Source of the DNA: a virus
Lineage: Duplodnaviria; Caudoviricetes
Virus record (IMG/VR): IMGVR_UViG_3300031519_000043
Span: 1 to 45,028 of that record
Strand: one strand, 5' to 3'
DNA: 45,028 bases
Shown one piece after another: positions 29,537-39,169 of the stretch. Position numbers and translations under genes: made by a program. Below the pieces are notes generated by a model, which was not told where the DNA came from, did not search any database, and worked only from the letters and a program-made list of their open reading frames with translations. Position 1 is the first letter of the stretch, and each line of letters starts with the position of its first letter.

Positions 29537-30073
29537 ATGGCTAATATAGATGACTTTAAAGCAAGTTTAATCGGTGGTGGTGCAAGAGCCAACCAATTTA
29601 GGGTAACTATTACTCCACCATCAGGTATCGCAATCGGTCTTGATACTCGTAGAACTTCGTTTCTTGTAAAAGCTGCAGCATTACCAACCCGTGCTGTCAC
29701 TGAAATTCCTTTGAAATTCCGTGGTCGTACAATCTACATGGCAGGTGATGCAGCTGAACCAGAAGCTTGGGAAGTTACATTTCTTAATGACACTGACTTT
29801 ATGATTAAGAATGCAATCGAACTTTGGTCAAATGGCATCAATGATTTTGCCCTCAATACTGGTGTTGTTTCTCCTTCTGACTATCAGACAGACTTAACTG
29901 TTGAACAGTTGGATCGTGACGAAACAGTTCTGAAGACATATATTCTTCGTAACTGTTGGCCAACGACAAGTGGTTCTGCAATTGAACTGAGTATGGAGAC
30001 TGAAAGTGCAGTTGAAGAATTCTCAGTTTCTTGGAGATATCAGCACTTTGAAGCTTCTGGCGTAAACTTCTAA
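29537..30073 (+). CDS. gp19: Tail tube protein gp19
   Basis: GGGARANQF, KAAALP, FRGR..AGD, W.VT.LND.DF, VEQLDR, WP. Confidence 0.95.
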   Translation: MANIDDFKASLIGGGARANQFRVTITPPSGIAIGLDTRRTSFLVKAAALPTRAVTEIPLKFRGRTIYMAGDAAEPEAWEVTFLNDTDFMIKNAIELWSNGINDFALNTGVVSPSDYQTDLTVEQLDRDETVLKTYILRNCWPTTSGSAIELSMETESAVEEFSVSWRYQHFEASGVNF

Positions 30074-30112
30074 TTTGAACCTACTAAATAGACAGTAGGA
30101 GATAAAAAGATT

Positions 30113-31756
30113 ATGGCAGAATTATTCGGCTTTTCAATACAAAAAGCAAAAAAGGATCAGGGGCTCAGTGGAAAAACTTTCACTGACCCCACTCCTGATG
30201 ACGGCGCAATTGAGATTGCAGGCGGTGGGTTCTTTTCCTCTGTACTAGATACAGATGGACGGGAGCGCTCTGACCTTGACCTCATTCGTCGTTATAGAGA
30301 TATTTCTATGCAATCGGAGTGTGATGCTGCGGTTGAAGATATTGTGAATGAAGGTATCATTTCAAATCTAAATGATATTCCAGTAAATATCGATTTAACA
30401 AATCTAAAATACAGCGATAAAATTAAAAATAGAATTCGAGTTGAGTTCATGGAAGTTCTAAGACTTCTTAATTTTAATGAGAAGGGTCATGATATCTTTC
30501 GTCGTTGGTATGTTGATGGTCGTATATACTACCACAAAGTTATCGACAATAAAGACCCACAGAAGGGTTTAACCCATCTAAGATTTATTGACCCAACTAA
30601 AATTCGTAAGGTTCGGGAAACAACAAAAGACCCTAGCGTTGACCAGAATGGCGTTGAAATGGTCAGTAAGGTAGATGAATATTTTATCTACAGCGATAAG
30701 GGTTTTGCAAGTTCGGGTTCTCAGGGTAATGATCAGGGAATTAAAATTGCTGCTGATTCAGTAGTATATGTTCCATCAGGACTCCTTGACAACAACTCTG
30801 GTCGAGTTATCTCGCACCTACACAAAGCAATCAAACCAGTTAATCAGTTGCGTATGATCGAAGATGCGATTGTTATCTATCGTATTTCTAGAGCACCAGA
30901 ACGTAGAATTTTCTATATTGATGTTGGTAATCTACCAAAGGTTAAAGCAGAACAGTATCTAAAAGATGTGATGAATCGTTATCGTAACAAGTTGGTTTAC
31001 GATGCAAGTACAGGTGAGATTCGGGATGACCGTAATCATATGTCAATGTTGGAAGACTTTTGGCTCCCACGCCGTGAAGGTGGTCGAGGCACAGAGATCA
31101 CGACATTACCCGGAGGTCAAAATCTAGGAGAAATAGATGATATCGTATACTTCCAACGAAAACTATACCGTTCACTTAACGTGCCGATTTCAAGACTTGA
31201 AGCTGAAAACGGATTCAGTATGGGAAGGGCATCAGAAATTACTAGAGACGAACTCAAGTTCACTAAGTTCGTACAACGTATTCGTAAGAAATTTGTCCCC
31301 CTATTCACTGACTTGCTCAAGACTAATCTACTCCTTAAAGGAATAATCTCACCAGAAGATTGGCCTCGTATGCAAGAGCATATTCAGTATGACTTTATGG
31401 AAGATGGTCACTTTGCAGAGTTGAAGGACGCAGAACTTCTTAATGATCGTATTCAGACACTTGATGGTATTCAGTCCTATATTGGTACATTCTTCAGTAA
31501 GGAATATGTACTGAAAAAAGTCCTAAATATGACAGACGCAGAAATTCAAGAGATGCGAGCTCAGATGAAGAAAGAACTTGAAACTGATCCATTGGATGGT
31601 GGTATTGATATGCCAGATGGTGGTGACGGTATCACAAGGTATCCACAGGATGGCGATGGTGGAGTTATTTCACCGGATCAAATGCCAGACTATGAGGAAC
31701 CAGAACAAGATGGTAAACCAAATGATGATCAAAAATTTGGTAAAGGAGATAAATAA
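30113..31756 (+). CDS. gp20: Portal protein gp20
   Basis: FRRWYVDGR, HKAIKPVNQLRMIEDA, RAPERRIFYIDVGNLP, EDFWLPRREGGRGTEITTLPGG. Confidence 0.97.
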   Translation: MAELFGFSIQKAKKDQGLSGKTFTDPTPDDGAIEIAGGGFFSSVLDTDGRERSDLDLIRRYRDISMQSECDAAVEDIVNEGIISNLNDIPVNIDLTNLKYSDKIKNRIRVEFMEVLRLLNFNEKGHDIFRRWYVDGRIYYHKVIDNKDPQKGLTHLRFIDPTKIRKVRETTKDPSVDQNGVEMVSKVDEYFIYSDKGFASSGSQGNDQGIKIAADSVVYVPSGLLDNNSGRVISHLHKAIKPVNQLRMIEDAIVIYRISRAPERRIFYIDVGNLPKVKAEQYLKDVMNRYRNKLVYDASTGEIRDDRNHMSMLEDFWLPRREGGRGTEITTLPGGQNLGEIDDIVYFQRKLYRSLNVPISRLEAENGFSMGRASEITRDELKFTKFVQRIRKKFVPLFTDLLKTNLLLKGIISPEDWPRMQEHIQYDFMEDGHFAELKDAELLNDRIQTLDGIQSYIGTFFSKEYVLKKVLNMTDAEIQEMRAQMKKELETDPLDGGIDMPDGGDGITRYPQDGDGGVISPDQMPDYEEPEQDGKPNDDQKFGKGDK

Positions 31757-31938
31757 TGAGTAAAGAATTTGTAGATGCTCTTGTAGATGGCAACAATATT
31801 GAAGCAGAGAAAGCATTTAGTATTACAATGGCCACTAGGGTCGGTGATTCACTAGAAGTTAAACGCAAAGAACTTGCAAACACATTTGTTAAGTCAAGTT
31901 ATATAGACAAGGAATCAGACGTTAATGAAACGGATTGA
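31756..31938 (+). CDS. Small prohead core-like protein (gp67 position)
   Basis: 60 aa; SD AAGGAG; position directly after the portal gene. Confidence 0.6.
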   Translation: MSKEFVDALVDGNNIEAEKAFSITMATRVGDSLEVKRKELANTFVKSSYIDKESDVNETD

Positions 31939-32173
31939 GGAAATCTATGAATCTACAGTTGTAGAGAAGGATGAACACAGGAAATCTAAACAATATAAAC
32001 GTCTTTCACCCAAAATGAAGGACGCAGTGGACGATTTGTTCAAAAAAATGGATGCGAAACCTTCAGATTTCCTAAATAGTTTCGAAAGAACTATAACAGA
32101 TATATCTAAGAAATATAAAGTCCCTGAGAGGGAACTTCTTGGGTATTTTGAAAAAGAAATGTTAGCGATCTAG
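31925..32173 (+). CDS. Small hypothetical head-module protein
   Basis: 82 aa; overlaps the upstream gene; lies between gp20 and gp21. Confidence 0.6.
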   Translation: MKRIEEIYESTVVEKDEHRKSKQYKRLSPKMKDAVDDLFKKMDAKPSDFLNSFERTITDISKKYKVPERELLGYFEKEMLAI

Positions 32174-32182
32174 GGGATAAGA

Positions 32183-32605
32183 ATGACAATTGTTGCAAGA
32201 GTACTCAGAGATACCGTTGTTAATGCGCCCGGCGCTGGTGGTACAGTTACGCTTAAAGTTGATATTGAAGATGATGCTGCGGCCAATGGTGCTATTTTAG
32301 ATGGAAGCACATTAGATGGACATGCAGATGGTGCAAAACTACACATCTCTAGACTTTGGTGGGCATTGACTCAAGGTAGTGCTGATGATGATACTGGTCA
32401 TGTAGAAATTCAAGAAGTAGCTTCTGGAACAGATATTGTTCAGATTAGACTTGCCGGAACTGGACACTATGATGGTTCTGCTGGTGTTATTCCCGGCACT
32501 GCTGTAAATACAACAGAAACTTCTAGTAACCATGAAATGACTTGTTTTGGTACATCTGGATTTGTTATTATCGAATTCAAAAAAGACGAAAACTATACAG
32601 CGTAA
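32183..32605 (+). CDS. Hypothetical beta-rich head-module protein
   Basis: 140 aa; SD GGGG; lies between gp20 and gp21. Confidence 0.6.
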   Translation: MTIVARVLRDTVVNAPGAGGTVTLKVDIEDDAAANGAILDGSTLDGHADGAKLHISRLWWALTQGSADDDTGHVEIQEVASGTDIVQIRLAGTGHYDGSAGVIPGTAVNTTETSSNHEMTCFGTSGFVIIEFKKDENYTA

Positions 32606-32615
32606 GGATAGAACA

Positions 32616-33263
32616 ATGAAACTATTTTCAGAGGCAGTCGAAGACGTAGAGTATATCTGCGAAGCAAAGGAAGACGGTAGTAAGTCCTACAAGATTCGTG
32701 GTATCTTTATGCAGGCTGACATCAAGAACCGTAATGGTCGGGTGTATCCTATGGAAGTACTTCAAAAAGAAGTTGGAAAATACAACAAGAACTTTATTAA
32801 AGAAAATCGTGCATTTGGTGAGCTTGGACATCCAGACGGACCAACCGTCAATCTGGAACGAGTGTCACATATGATCACGTCTTTAGAACCTGATGGAAAA
32901 AACTTTATTGGTGAGGCAAAAATTATGGCTACACCAATGGGTGAGATTGTGAAGAGTCTTATGGATGAAGGTGCAAAACTAGGCGTTTCCTCACGGGGAA
33001 TGGGCAGTCTAGATCAAAAAGGTGGTGCGAACTATGTGCGGGACGACTTCTATCTCGCAACAGCAGCAGATATTGTTGCTGACCCTTCTGCACCAAACGC
33101 TTTTGTTGAAGGTATTATGGAAGGTAAAGAGTGGGTTTGGAACAACGGAGCGTTGTTGGAAGCGGAAATGGTAGAGATGAAAAAAGGATTTGATGTTAAG
33201 GAACGTCAGAGAAACGCAACTAAGGAAGCTTTAGCATTTGCTAAGTTTCTTAAAAGACTTTAA
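32616..33263 (+). CDS. gp21: Prohead protease gp21
   Basis: GIFMQADIKNRNGRVYP, GELGHP, GVSSRGMGS, DIVADPSAPNAFV; start reassigned to ATG 32616 after AAGGA. Confidence 0.95.
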   Translation: MKLFSEAVEDVEYICEAKEDGSKSYKIRGIFMQADIKNRNGRVYPMEVLQKEVGKYNKNFIKENRAFGELGHPDGPTVNLERVSHMITSLEPDGKNFIGEAKIMATPMGEIVKSLMDEGAKLGVSSRGMGSLDQKGGANYVRDDFYLATAADIVADPSAPNAFVEGIMEGKEWVWNNGALLEAEMVEMKKGFDVKERQRNATKEALAFAKFLKRL

Positions 33264-33265
33264 GT

Positions 33266-33273
33266 TATAAATA
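33266..33273 (+). promoter_or_regulatory. T4-type late promoter TATAAATA for gp22-gp23
   Basis: Exact consensus in the intergenic gap. Confidence 0.75.
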
Positions 33274-33304
33274 ATCATTACAGATGAAGGTAAGGAGACA
33301 CCCT

Positions 33305-34570
33305 ATGTCAGAACTAGAACAAACAATTGAAGAGCTCGAAGCAGAAGTGCTTGCAGAGCTTGAAGAAGCGAGTGACGCCCAGACAAAGGGTGCTGCTCCT
33401 GCCGAAGGCAAAAAGAAAATTGATGCAGTAACACCCGGTGGCGAAGTTGCCGATGTTGGTGGTGCTGATCCAGAAGCTAAAGTTGAAAAAGGTGCCGATG
33501 AAGATCGTGGAGAGAAAGCGATTGGTAAGAAGGCCGCTGCAGCTGCAAAAGCAGTTTCAGGTGATGCACAACAGAAGGGCGCTGGTAAATCAGACGGTCC
33601 TCAGAAACTCGCTGCTGGTCATGTACCAGAAGAGGGCGAAGTTGTCACAGAAGCAAAACGCATGACGAAAGAAATGCTCAAAGCTGGGATGATGAAGAAG
33701 ATGGAAGGTATGAAAGCCGTCGATCTGAAAGCCGCATATGAGAATATGATGGCCCCTGCTGAAGAAGAAGAGATGGACGAAGCTGCAATGTCAGAACTCA
33801 AAAAACTTGAGGACGCAAAAGCAGAGATCGAAGAGAAGATCAAGTCCATCAATGTCAAGGAAGACGTTGACGCCCTCGTAGAAGGTGAAGACCTCTCCGA
33901 AGAGTTCAAGGACAAGGCAGCGACAATCTTTGAAGCTGCTGTTAAATCAAAAACCCGTGAGGAAATCTCTCGTATTCACGAAGATATGACTTCCGAGTTT
34001 GAAGTAAAACTGGAAGAGTCTGTTGATGCTCTTACAGAAAAAGTAGATACTTATCTCAACTACGTTGTAGAGACATGGACTAAAGAGAACGAGTTGGCAA
34101 TCGAACGTGGCCTAAAGGGCGAGATTGCAGAAGACTTCATCTCTGGACTGAAACAGTTGTTTGAAGATCACTATATTGATGTGCCTGATGAGAAATATGA
34201 CGTTCTCGAAGCACAATCTGACAAAATTGCTGAACTGGAAGAGAAGGTTAACAGTGTCATGGAGCAGAATATCTCCCTTACATCTGTTAAGTCCCAACTG
34301 GTTCGGGAACAGGTTATCTCTGAAGCTTGCGAAGAGTTGACTGATACCGAAATTGAAAAGTTCAAGTCTCTTACTGAAGATGTTGACTTTGCTGACGAAG
34401 AGTCCTTCAAAGCAAAACTCGACACCTTGAAGGAAAGTTATTTCCCTAAGACGATTGTTGAACAAACTTTTGATGATGAAGATGGTGGCACCGCACAGGA
34501 CATTGATACGACTGAAGCTATGGGCGCTTACATGTCGGCAATCAGTCGTAACAAAGAGCGTGCCCAATAA
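33305..34570 (+). CDS. gp22: Prohead scaffold protein gp22
   Basis: EDLSEEFKDKAATIFEAAV, YLNYVVETW..ENELAIERG, GLKQLFEDHYIDVP; SD AAGGAG before ATG 33305. Confidence 0.93.
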   Translation: MSELEQTIEELEAEVLAELEEASDAQTKGAAPAEGKKKIDAVTPGGEVADVGGADPEAKVEKGADEDRGEKAIGKKAAAAAKAVSGDAQQKGAGKSDGPQKLAAGHVPEEGEVVTEAKRMTKEMLKAGMMKKMEGMKAVDLKAAYENMMAPAEEEEMDEAAMSELKKLEDAKAEIEEKIKSINVKEDVDALVEGEDLSEEFKDKAATIFEAAVKSKTREEISRIHEDMTSEFEVKLEESVDALTEKVDTYLNYVVETWTKENELAIERGLKGEIAEDFISGLKQLFEDHYIDVPDEKYDVLEAQSDKIAELEEKVNSVMEQNISLTSVKSQLVREQVISEACEELTDTEIEKFKSLTEDVDFADEESFKAKLDTLKESYFPKTIVEQTFDDEDGGTAQDIDTTEAMGAYMSAISRNKERAQ

Positions 34571-34606
34571 TATTATAAACAGATGTAATTAATAAAGGAG
34601 AAACAA

Positions 34607-35944
34607 ATGTTTCAGACAGAACATCTACAAGAAAAGTGGCAGCCAGTCCTAGAACACCCCGATCTACCAAAGATTGAGGATTCTTACAAGCGGGCAGTTA
34701 CTACTCTCATCCTAGAGAACCAAGAAAAAGCAATGAAGGAAGACCGTGGTTTTCTTTCGGAAACAGCACCAACCAACAGCATGGGTGGTGGACAGATGGA
34801 CACATGGGATCCAATTTTGATCTCACTAGTTCGTCGTGCAATGCCTAACCTAATCGCTTATGACGTTTGTGGTGTGCAGCCAATGACAGGTCCAACGGGT
34901 CTGATCTTTGCTATGCGTTCAACACTTGCTTCACAGGATGGTGCAGAAGCTCTCGTTGACGAAGCTTTCCCTGACGTATCTAATCAGAACGCTGCCGGTA
35001 CAATCGGTGGTGGTGATGTTGGTTCGACAGAGACTAACCCTTCTGTTCTTAATGATTCCTCGCCCGGAACATATACTTCCGCAACAGGTATGACACGATC
35101 TCAGTCAGAAGCTCTTGGTGATAGCGGTACGAACGCTTTCGCTGAAATGGCATTCTCAATTGAGAAGTCTACGGTTACTGCCGTTTCCCGTGCGCTCAAA
35201 GCTGAGTACACAATGGAACTTGCACAGGACTTGAAGGCAATTCATGGTCTTGACGCCGAGACGGAACTCAGCAACATTCTTTCTACAGAAATCCTTGCTG
35301 AAATCAACCGTGAAGTCATTCGTTCGCTTTATGTAACTGCTGTCCCCGGCGCACAGGTTAATACAACTGCTGCTGGTACTTTTGATCTGGACACCGACTC
35401 AAATGGTCGTTGGTCAGTTGAGAAGTTCAAGGGTCTAATGTTCCAGATCGAACGTGACGCCAATGCGATTGGTCAACAGACCCGTCGTGGCAAGGGTAAC
35501 ATGCTGATCGTTTCAGCTGACGTTGCTTCTGCTCTTCAGATGGCCGGTGTTCTTGATTACACACCTGCTCTGAACAACAACCTCGCCGTTGACGACACAT
35601 CTTCTACCTTCGCTGGTACAATGAATGGTCGTTTCAAGGTATATGTTGATCCCTATTCTGCAAATGTTGCTGCTAGTCAGTATTATGTTTGTGGTTACAA
35701 GGGCACATCACCTTATGATGCTGGTTTCTTCTACTGCCCATACGTTCCACTACAGATGGTCCGTGCGGTTGGTGAGAATTCCTTCCAGCCTAAGATTGGT
35801 TTCAAGACCCGTTATGGTCTTGCTGCTAACCCATTCGCTGGTGCGGGTGCGGTTGCTGCTGGTGACACGGTTAATACCGATGCTTCACTGGATGCGAACA
35901 CCAATGCTTGGTATCGTCGGGTTAAAGTTACTAACCTTATGTAA
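34607..35944 (+). CDS. gp23: Major capsid protein gp23
   Basis: LISLVRRAMPNLIAYDVCGVQPMTGPTGLIFAMR, RALKAEYTMELAQDLKAIHGLDAE, FQPKIGFKTRYG. Confidence 0.98.
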   Translation: MFQTEHLQEKWQPVLEHPDLPKIEDSYKRAVTTLILENQEKAMKEDRGFLSETAPTNSMGGGQMDTWDPILISLVRRAMPNLIAYDVCGVQPMTGPTGLIFAMRSTLASQDGAEALVDEAFPDVSNQNAAGTIGGGDVGSTETNPSVLNDSSPGTYTSATGMTRSQSEALGDSGTNAFAEMAFSIEKSTVTAVSRALKAEYTMELAQDLKAIHGLDAETELSNILSTEILAEINREVIRSLYVTAVPGAQVNTTAAGTFDLDTDSNGRWSVEKFKGLMFQIERDANAIGQQTRRGKGNMLIVSADVASALQMAGVLDYTPALNNNLAVDDTSSTFAGTMNGRFKVYVDPYSANVAASQYYVCGYKGTSPYDAGFFYCPYVPLQMVRAVGENSFQPKIGFKTRYGLAANPFAGAGAVAAGDTVNTDASLDANTNAWYRRVKVTNLM

Positions 35945-35965
35945 GATAAGGAAACTACTAAACTT

Positions 35966-35994
35966 GGGGGAGCATCTTGCTCCCCCTTTTTTTT
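35966..35994 (+). terminator. Rho-independent terminator after gp23
   Basis: Perfect 9-bp stem GGGGGAGCA-TCT-TGCTCCCCC followed by T8. Confidence 0.92.
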
Positions 35995-35996
35995 AT

Positions 35997-36004
35997 TATA
36001 AATA
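35997..36004 (+). promoter_or_regulatory. T4-type late promoter TATAAATA for gp3
   Basis: Exact consensus immediately after the gp23 terminator. Confidence 0.8.
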
Positions 36005-36009
36005 GATGC

Positions 36010-36594
36010 ATGACAACAGCATCATCACCCCTCGCAAGACAACCGGATCAGTTAGACTATGCAAGTCCAACTCAGTTCCGTTTTGGTATTCAACAATTAC
36101 CAAAGGTAGAGTTCTTTACGATCAATGCAAACCTACCCGGCATCGATGGCGCATCAGTAGATTTTGCAAACCCATTCAATAATATTCCAATCATGGGTGA
36201 TAAACTCACTTATGCAGACCTTACTATCACATTTATTGTCGATGAATATTTGGAAAATTATCAATCACTACACAACTGGCTTACTGGTTATGGATTTCCA
36301 TCCGACAGAGCTGAGTTTAGAACACATAGGGATGTGACCTCAAACACGCCTGCTGGTGGTTCAACACCACCAGTTGACCTCATTAGAAATATAACTCCTG
36401 ATAAAGCAATGTACTCAGATGCATTTCTTATGATTTTATCGAATAAGAATAACCCAATTCTAAATGTTAACTTTCAAAATGTATTTCCTATTTCACTTAG
36501 CGGATTAGATTACACGCAGGGTGCAACAGATGTCGAATATATGACTGCCGATGTTACGTTCAAATATCAAATCTATAAATTTGAGGGTGTCTAA
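36010..36594 (+). CDS. gp3: Tail tube terminator/completion protein gp3
   Basis: SPTQFRF....PKVEFF....NLPGI, GDKLTY.DL.ITFIVDEYLENY..LHNW, FP.SLSGLDY; position after gp23. Confidence 0.88.
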   Translation: MTTASSPLARQPDQLDYASPTQFRFGIQQLPKVEFFTINANLPGIDGASVDFANPFNNIPIMGDKLTYADLTITFIVDEYLENYQSLHNWLTGYGFPSDRAEFRTHRDVTSNTPAGGSTPPVDLIRNITPDKAMYSDAFLMILSNKNNPILNVNFQNVFPISLSGLDYTQGATDVEYMTADVTFKYQIYKFEGV

Positions 36595-36599
36595 ATAAG

Positions 36600-36722
36600 A
36601 GTGAGCAGGTTTGGTAAGCTTTAACATTTATCAAATCTTTAGACTTAATTTCTGGTGACAACTCGTTCGAACTCATCAGGGTCAATATATCACAGAGAGA
36701 AACCAAACTGCTCACTTTTTTT
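36600..36722 (+). ncRNA. Candidate ~120-nt structured small RNA
   Basis: CTAAATA late-type promoter at 36591-36597; 5' AGTGAGCAGGTTTGGT pairs with 3' ACCAAACTGCTCACT; ends in T7; no plausible ORF seen. Confidence 0.55.
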
Positions 36723-36736
36723 ATTATGGGGTAAAC

Positions 36737-37168
36737 ATGGATTTAGAGACACTAAAACGAACTGCAAGGGAAGACCTTCCCGTAACTGATCACGAACACA
36801 TTGATCAAGAATCTTTCAAAAATCAAATGATCAAACAGAAGTGGTTGGACTTCAAGGCTGACTTTGAACTTCTGCTTATCAAAGCAAAAACTGACCACCA
36901 ACAGATGTATCGACAGAAATGGGAATACTATGGTGGTAAGGCAGATGCAAAAATATATGCTGCAAAACCTTTTGACATCAAGGTTATGAAGACAGACCTT
37001 CAGATGTATATTCAATCAGATGACGATATTCTTCGACTTCAAAATAAAATTGGTTACTACGACTCATGCTTGGATTACTGTAAGGGTGTGATCAAGTCCA
37101 TCGACAATCGTGGTTGGGATATTCGCAACGCAACAGATTGGAAGAAGTTTGAAGCTGGTATGATCTAA
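36737..37168 (+). CDS. uvsY: Recombination mediator UvsY
   Basis: KWEYYGGKA...Y..KPFDIKVMKTD...YI.SD, NRGWDIRNA.DW.KF..G; upstream of uvsW. Confidence 0.9.
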   Translation: MDLETLKRTAREDLPVTDHEHIDQESFKNQMIKQKWLDFKADFELLLIKAKTDHQQMYRQKWEYYGGKADAKIYAAKPFDIKVMKTDLQMYIQSDDDILRLQNKIGYYDSCLDYCKGVIKSIDNRGWDIRNATDWKKFEAGMI

Positions 37169-38643
37169 TGCGTATATCAAAAAAGAATGAAGTCTATCTA
37201 GTCCTAGATGGGATGACAGATTCTACTCGACAAGAGTTGACAGAGTTCTTTACCTTTGAGGTTCCCGGTTTTAAATTTATGCCAACCTACCGAAGTCGAA
37301 TGTGGGATGGTAAGATAAGACTCTTCTCCCCCGCAACAGGTGAGATATATGTTGGATTGCTCCAATATATCAGGGGTTTCTGCCAGAAAAACGGAATTGA
37401 ATATATATTAGAAGAGGGAGTTGAAAATGAGCGGGTTATTGTTCGTCAAGTGGTTAGAGATTTCATCAGGTCACTTAAACCAAAATCTGGGGGGAAGTCT
37501 CTCAAAGTGCGTGACTACCAAATTGATGCGGTACATCACGGTATTGCCAGAAATCGTGCTCTTCTTGTTTCTCCTACTGCTTCGGGTAAATCACTCATAA
37601 TCTACTCGTTAGTTCGTTATTATCATATGATGGGATTGAAGACCCTGATACTAGTTCCTACCACCTCACTCGTAGAACAGATGTATTCAGACTTCGAAGA
37701 CTACGGATGGAGCTCTGGCACATACTGTCAGAAGGTATATCAAGGACACTCCAGTAAGGTTGAGAAAGACGTTGTTATATCGACATGGCAGTCTATCTAC
37801 AAGTTACCAAAGAAATATTTTGAACAGTTCGGTTGTGTGATTGGTGATGAGGCGCATATGTTTAAGGCTAAATCTTTAACTGGTATCATGACCAAGTTAC
37901 ACCTATGTAAGTACAGATTCGGTCTTACAGGCACCCTAGACGGGACGCAGACGCACCAACTTGTTTTAGAAGGTCTATTCGGTCCTGTTGAAAAAGTTAC
38001 TACCACAAAGGAGTTAATTGAGAAGAAATCTCTTGCTGACCTCAAAATCAAGTGCATTATTCTAAAACATGAGAATATACGAGAGAGAATGACTTATGCA
38101 GAGGAACTACAATTCCTTGGCGAACATGAACTTAGAAATAAATTTCTTGCTGGGCTGTTGATGCATCTTCCCGGTAATACATTATGTTTATATCAATTGG
38201 TAGAAAAACACGGCAAACCTCTTTATGAGGAAGTCATGAAATCTCAAGAGCAAGGTTTCTTTGATGACAAATTGCGAAAGGTATTTTTTATCTATGGTAA
38301 CACAAGTACCACAGAAAGAGAAAGGATACGATCTGTTGTGGAGGGTGAAAAAAACTCTATCACCATTGCATCCTATGGCACCTTTAGTACTGGTATTAAT
38401 ATTCGCAATATTCACAACATCGTGCTCGCAAGTCCGTCTAAGTCTAGAATTCGAGTGCTCCAGAGTATCGGTAGAGGATTGCGTCAGGGGGAGAATAAAG
38501 ATTCCGTTTTAATTTTTGATATTGCAGATGATTTGACTTTTAGACACCAGAGTAACTTTACACTTAACCATTTTCAAGAACGCATAAATATATACAATGC
38601 AGAACAATTCAACTATGAAATTAGTAAGGTAAACCTAAAATGA
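37168..38643 (+). CDS. uvsW: SF2 helicase UvsW
   Basis: WDGKIRLF, RDYQ, SPTASGKS, GDEAH, GLTGT, FSTGINI, LQSIGRGLR. Confidence 0.96.
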   Translation: MRISKKNEVYLVLDGMTDSTRQELTEFFTFEVPGFKFMPTYRSRMWDGKIRLFSPATGEIYVGLLQYIRGFCQKNGIEYILEEGVENERVIVRQVVRDFIRSLKPKSGGKSLKVRDYQIDAVHHGIARNRALLVSPTASGKSLIIYSLVRYYHMMGLKTLILVPTTSLVEQMYSDFEDYGWSSGTYCQKVYQGHSSKVEKDVVISTWQSIYKLPKKYFEQFGCVIGDEAHMFKAKSLTGIMTKLHLCKYRFGLTGTLDGTQTHQLVLEGLFGPVEKVTTTKELIEKKSLADLKIKCIILKHENIRERMTYAEELQFLGEHELRNKFLAGLLMHLPGNTLCLYQLVEKHGKPLYEEVMKSQEQGFFDDKLRKVFFIYGNTSTTERERIRSVVEGEKNSITIASYGTFSTGINIRNIHNIVLASPSKSRIRVLQSIGRGLRQGENKDSVLIFDIADDLTFRHQSNFTLNHFQERINIYNAEQFNYEISKVNLK

Positions 38644-39023
38644 ACACAGATACATATAAAATCTTAAAGCTCATTAGTGGTGAGAATATCATTTGTGAGC
38701 TTTCCGAAGACAATGGTAAATACGAAATTTCAAGACCCCTGTTAATGAATATCCAATCTAGAGTTAATCACACAGGCATGACAGAATCTTTAATGCTATC
38801 TCGTTGGGTTCAACCCTTCACAGAACAAAGACATTTTGAGCTTGATCCTAAACATGTTATTATTATATTACCCGCCTCGCCCGGACTAAGTGTATATTAT
38901 GAAGGTATATTAAACAAACTAGATAATATAGATGATGAACCTTTTGTGGATGACTTCGAAGATGAAGAAATTTACGAAGAGCTCTTAGATGAACTAGAAA
39001 CAGAAAGTAAATATATTCATTAA
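38640..39023 (+). CDS. Hypothetical protein (Sm-like fold N-terminus, acidic tail) between uvsW and gp55
   Basis: ILKLISGENIIC motif; C-terminal ..YIH; typical position in marine T4-like phages. Confidence 0.7.
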   Translation: MNTDTYKILKLISGENIICELSEDNGKYEISRPLLMNIQSRVNHTGMTESLMLSRWVQPFTEQRHFELDPKHVIIILPASPGLSVYYEGILNKLDNIDDEPFVDDFEDEEIYEELLDELETESKYIH

Positions 39024-39050
39024 TGTAGTTCTGCAACCCAAGACAAGATC

Positions 39051-39079
39051 AATATAACACTATTTTGGGGTGGAGTCAA
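39051..39079 (-). promoter_or_regulatory. Leftward (antisense) sigma70-type promoter
   Basis: Minus strand TTGACT-N17-TATATT with extended -10 TG. Confidence 0.55.
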
Positions 39080-39115
39080 GGTTCCTTCGAAGATTATTTT
39101 AAATTATAATGTTCC

Positions 39116-39144
39116 TTGACATTATAAGTGTATTGATGTATAGT
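39116..39144 (+). promoter_or_regulatory. sigma70-type promoter for gp55-gp47-gp46
   Basis: TTGACA-N17-TATAGT, followed by SD AAGGAG. Confidence 0.8.
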
Positions 39145-39169
39145 GAGTAAAGATTAAGGAGTATACCTA

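Noticed and set aside
36659-36680. GTTCGAA as part of a tRNA gene
   Set aside because: No T-stem, anticodon arm or acceptor stem can be built; kept only as a feature of the sRNA candidate
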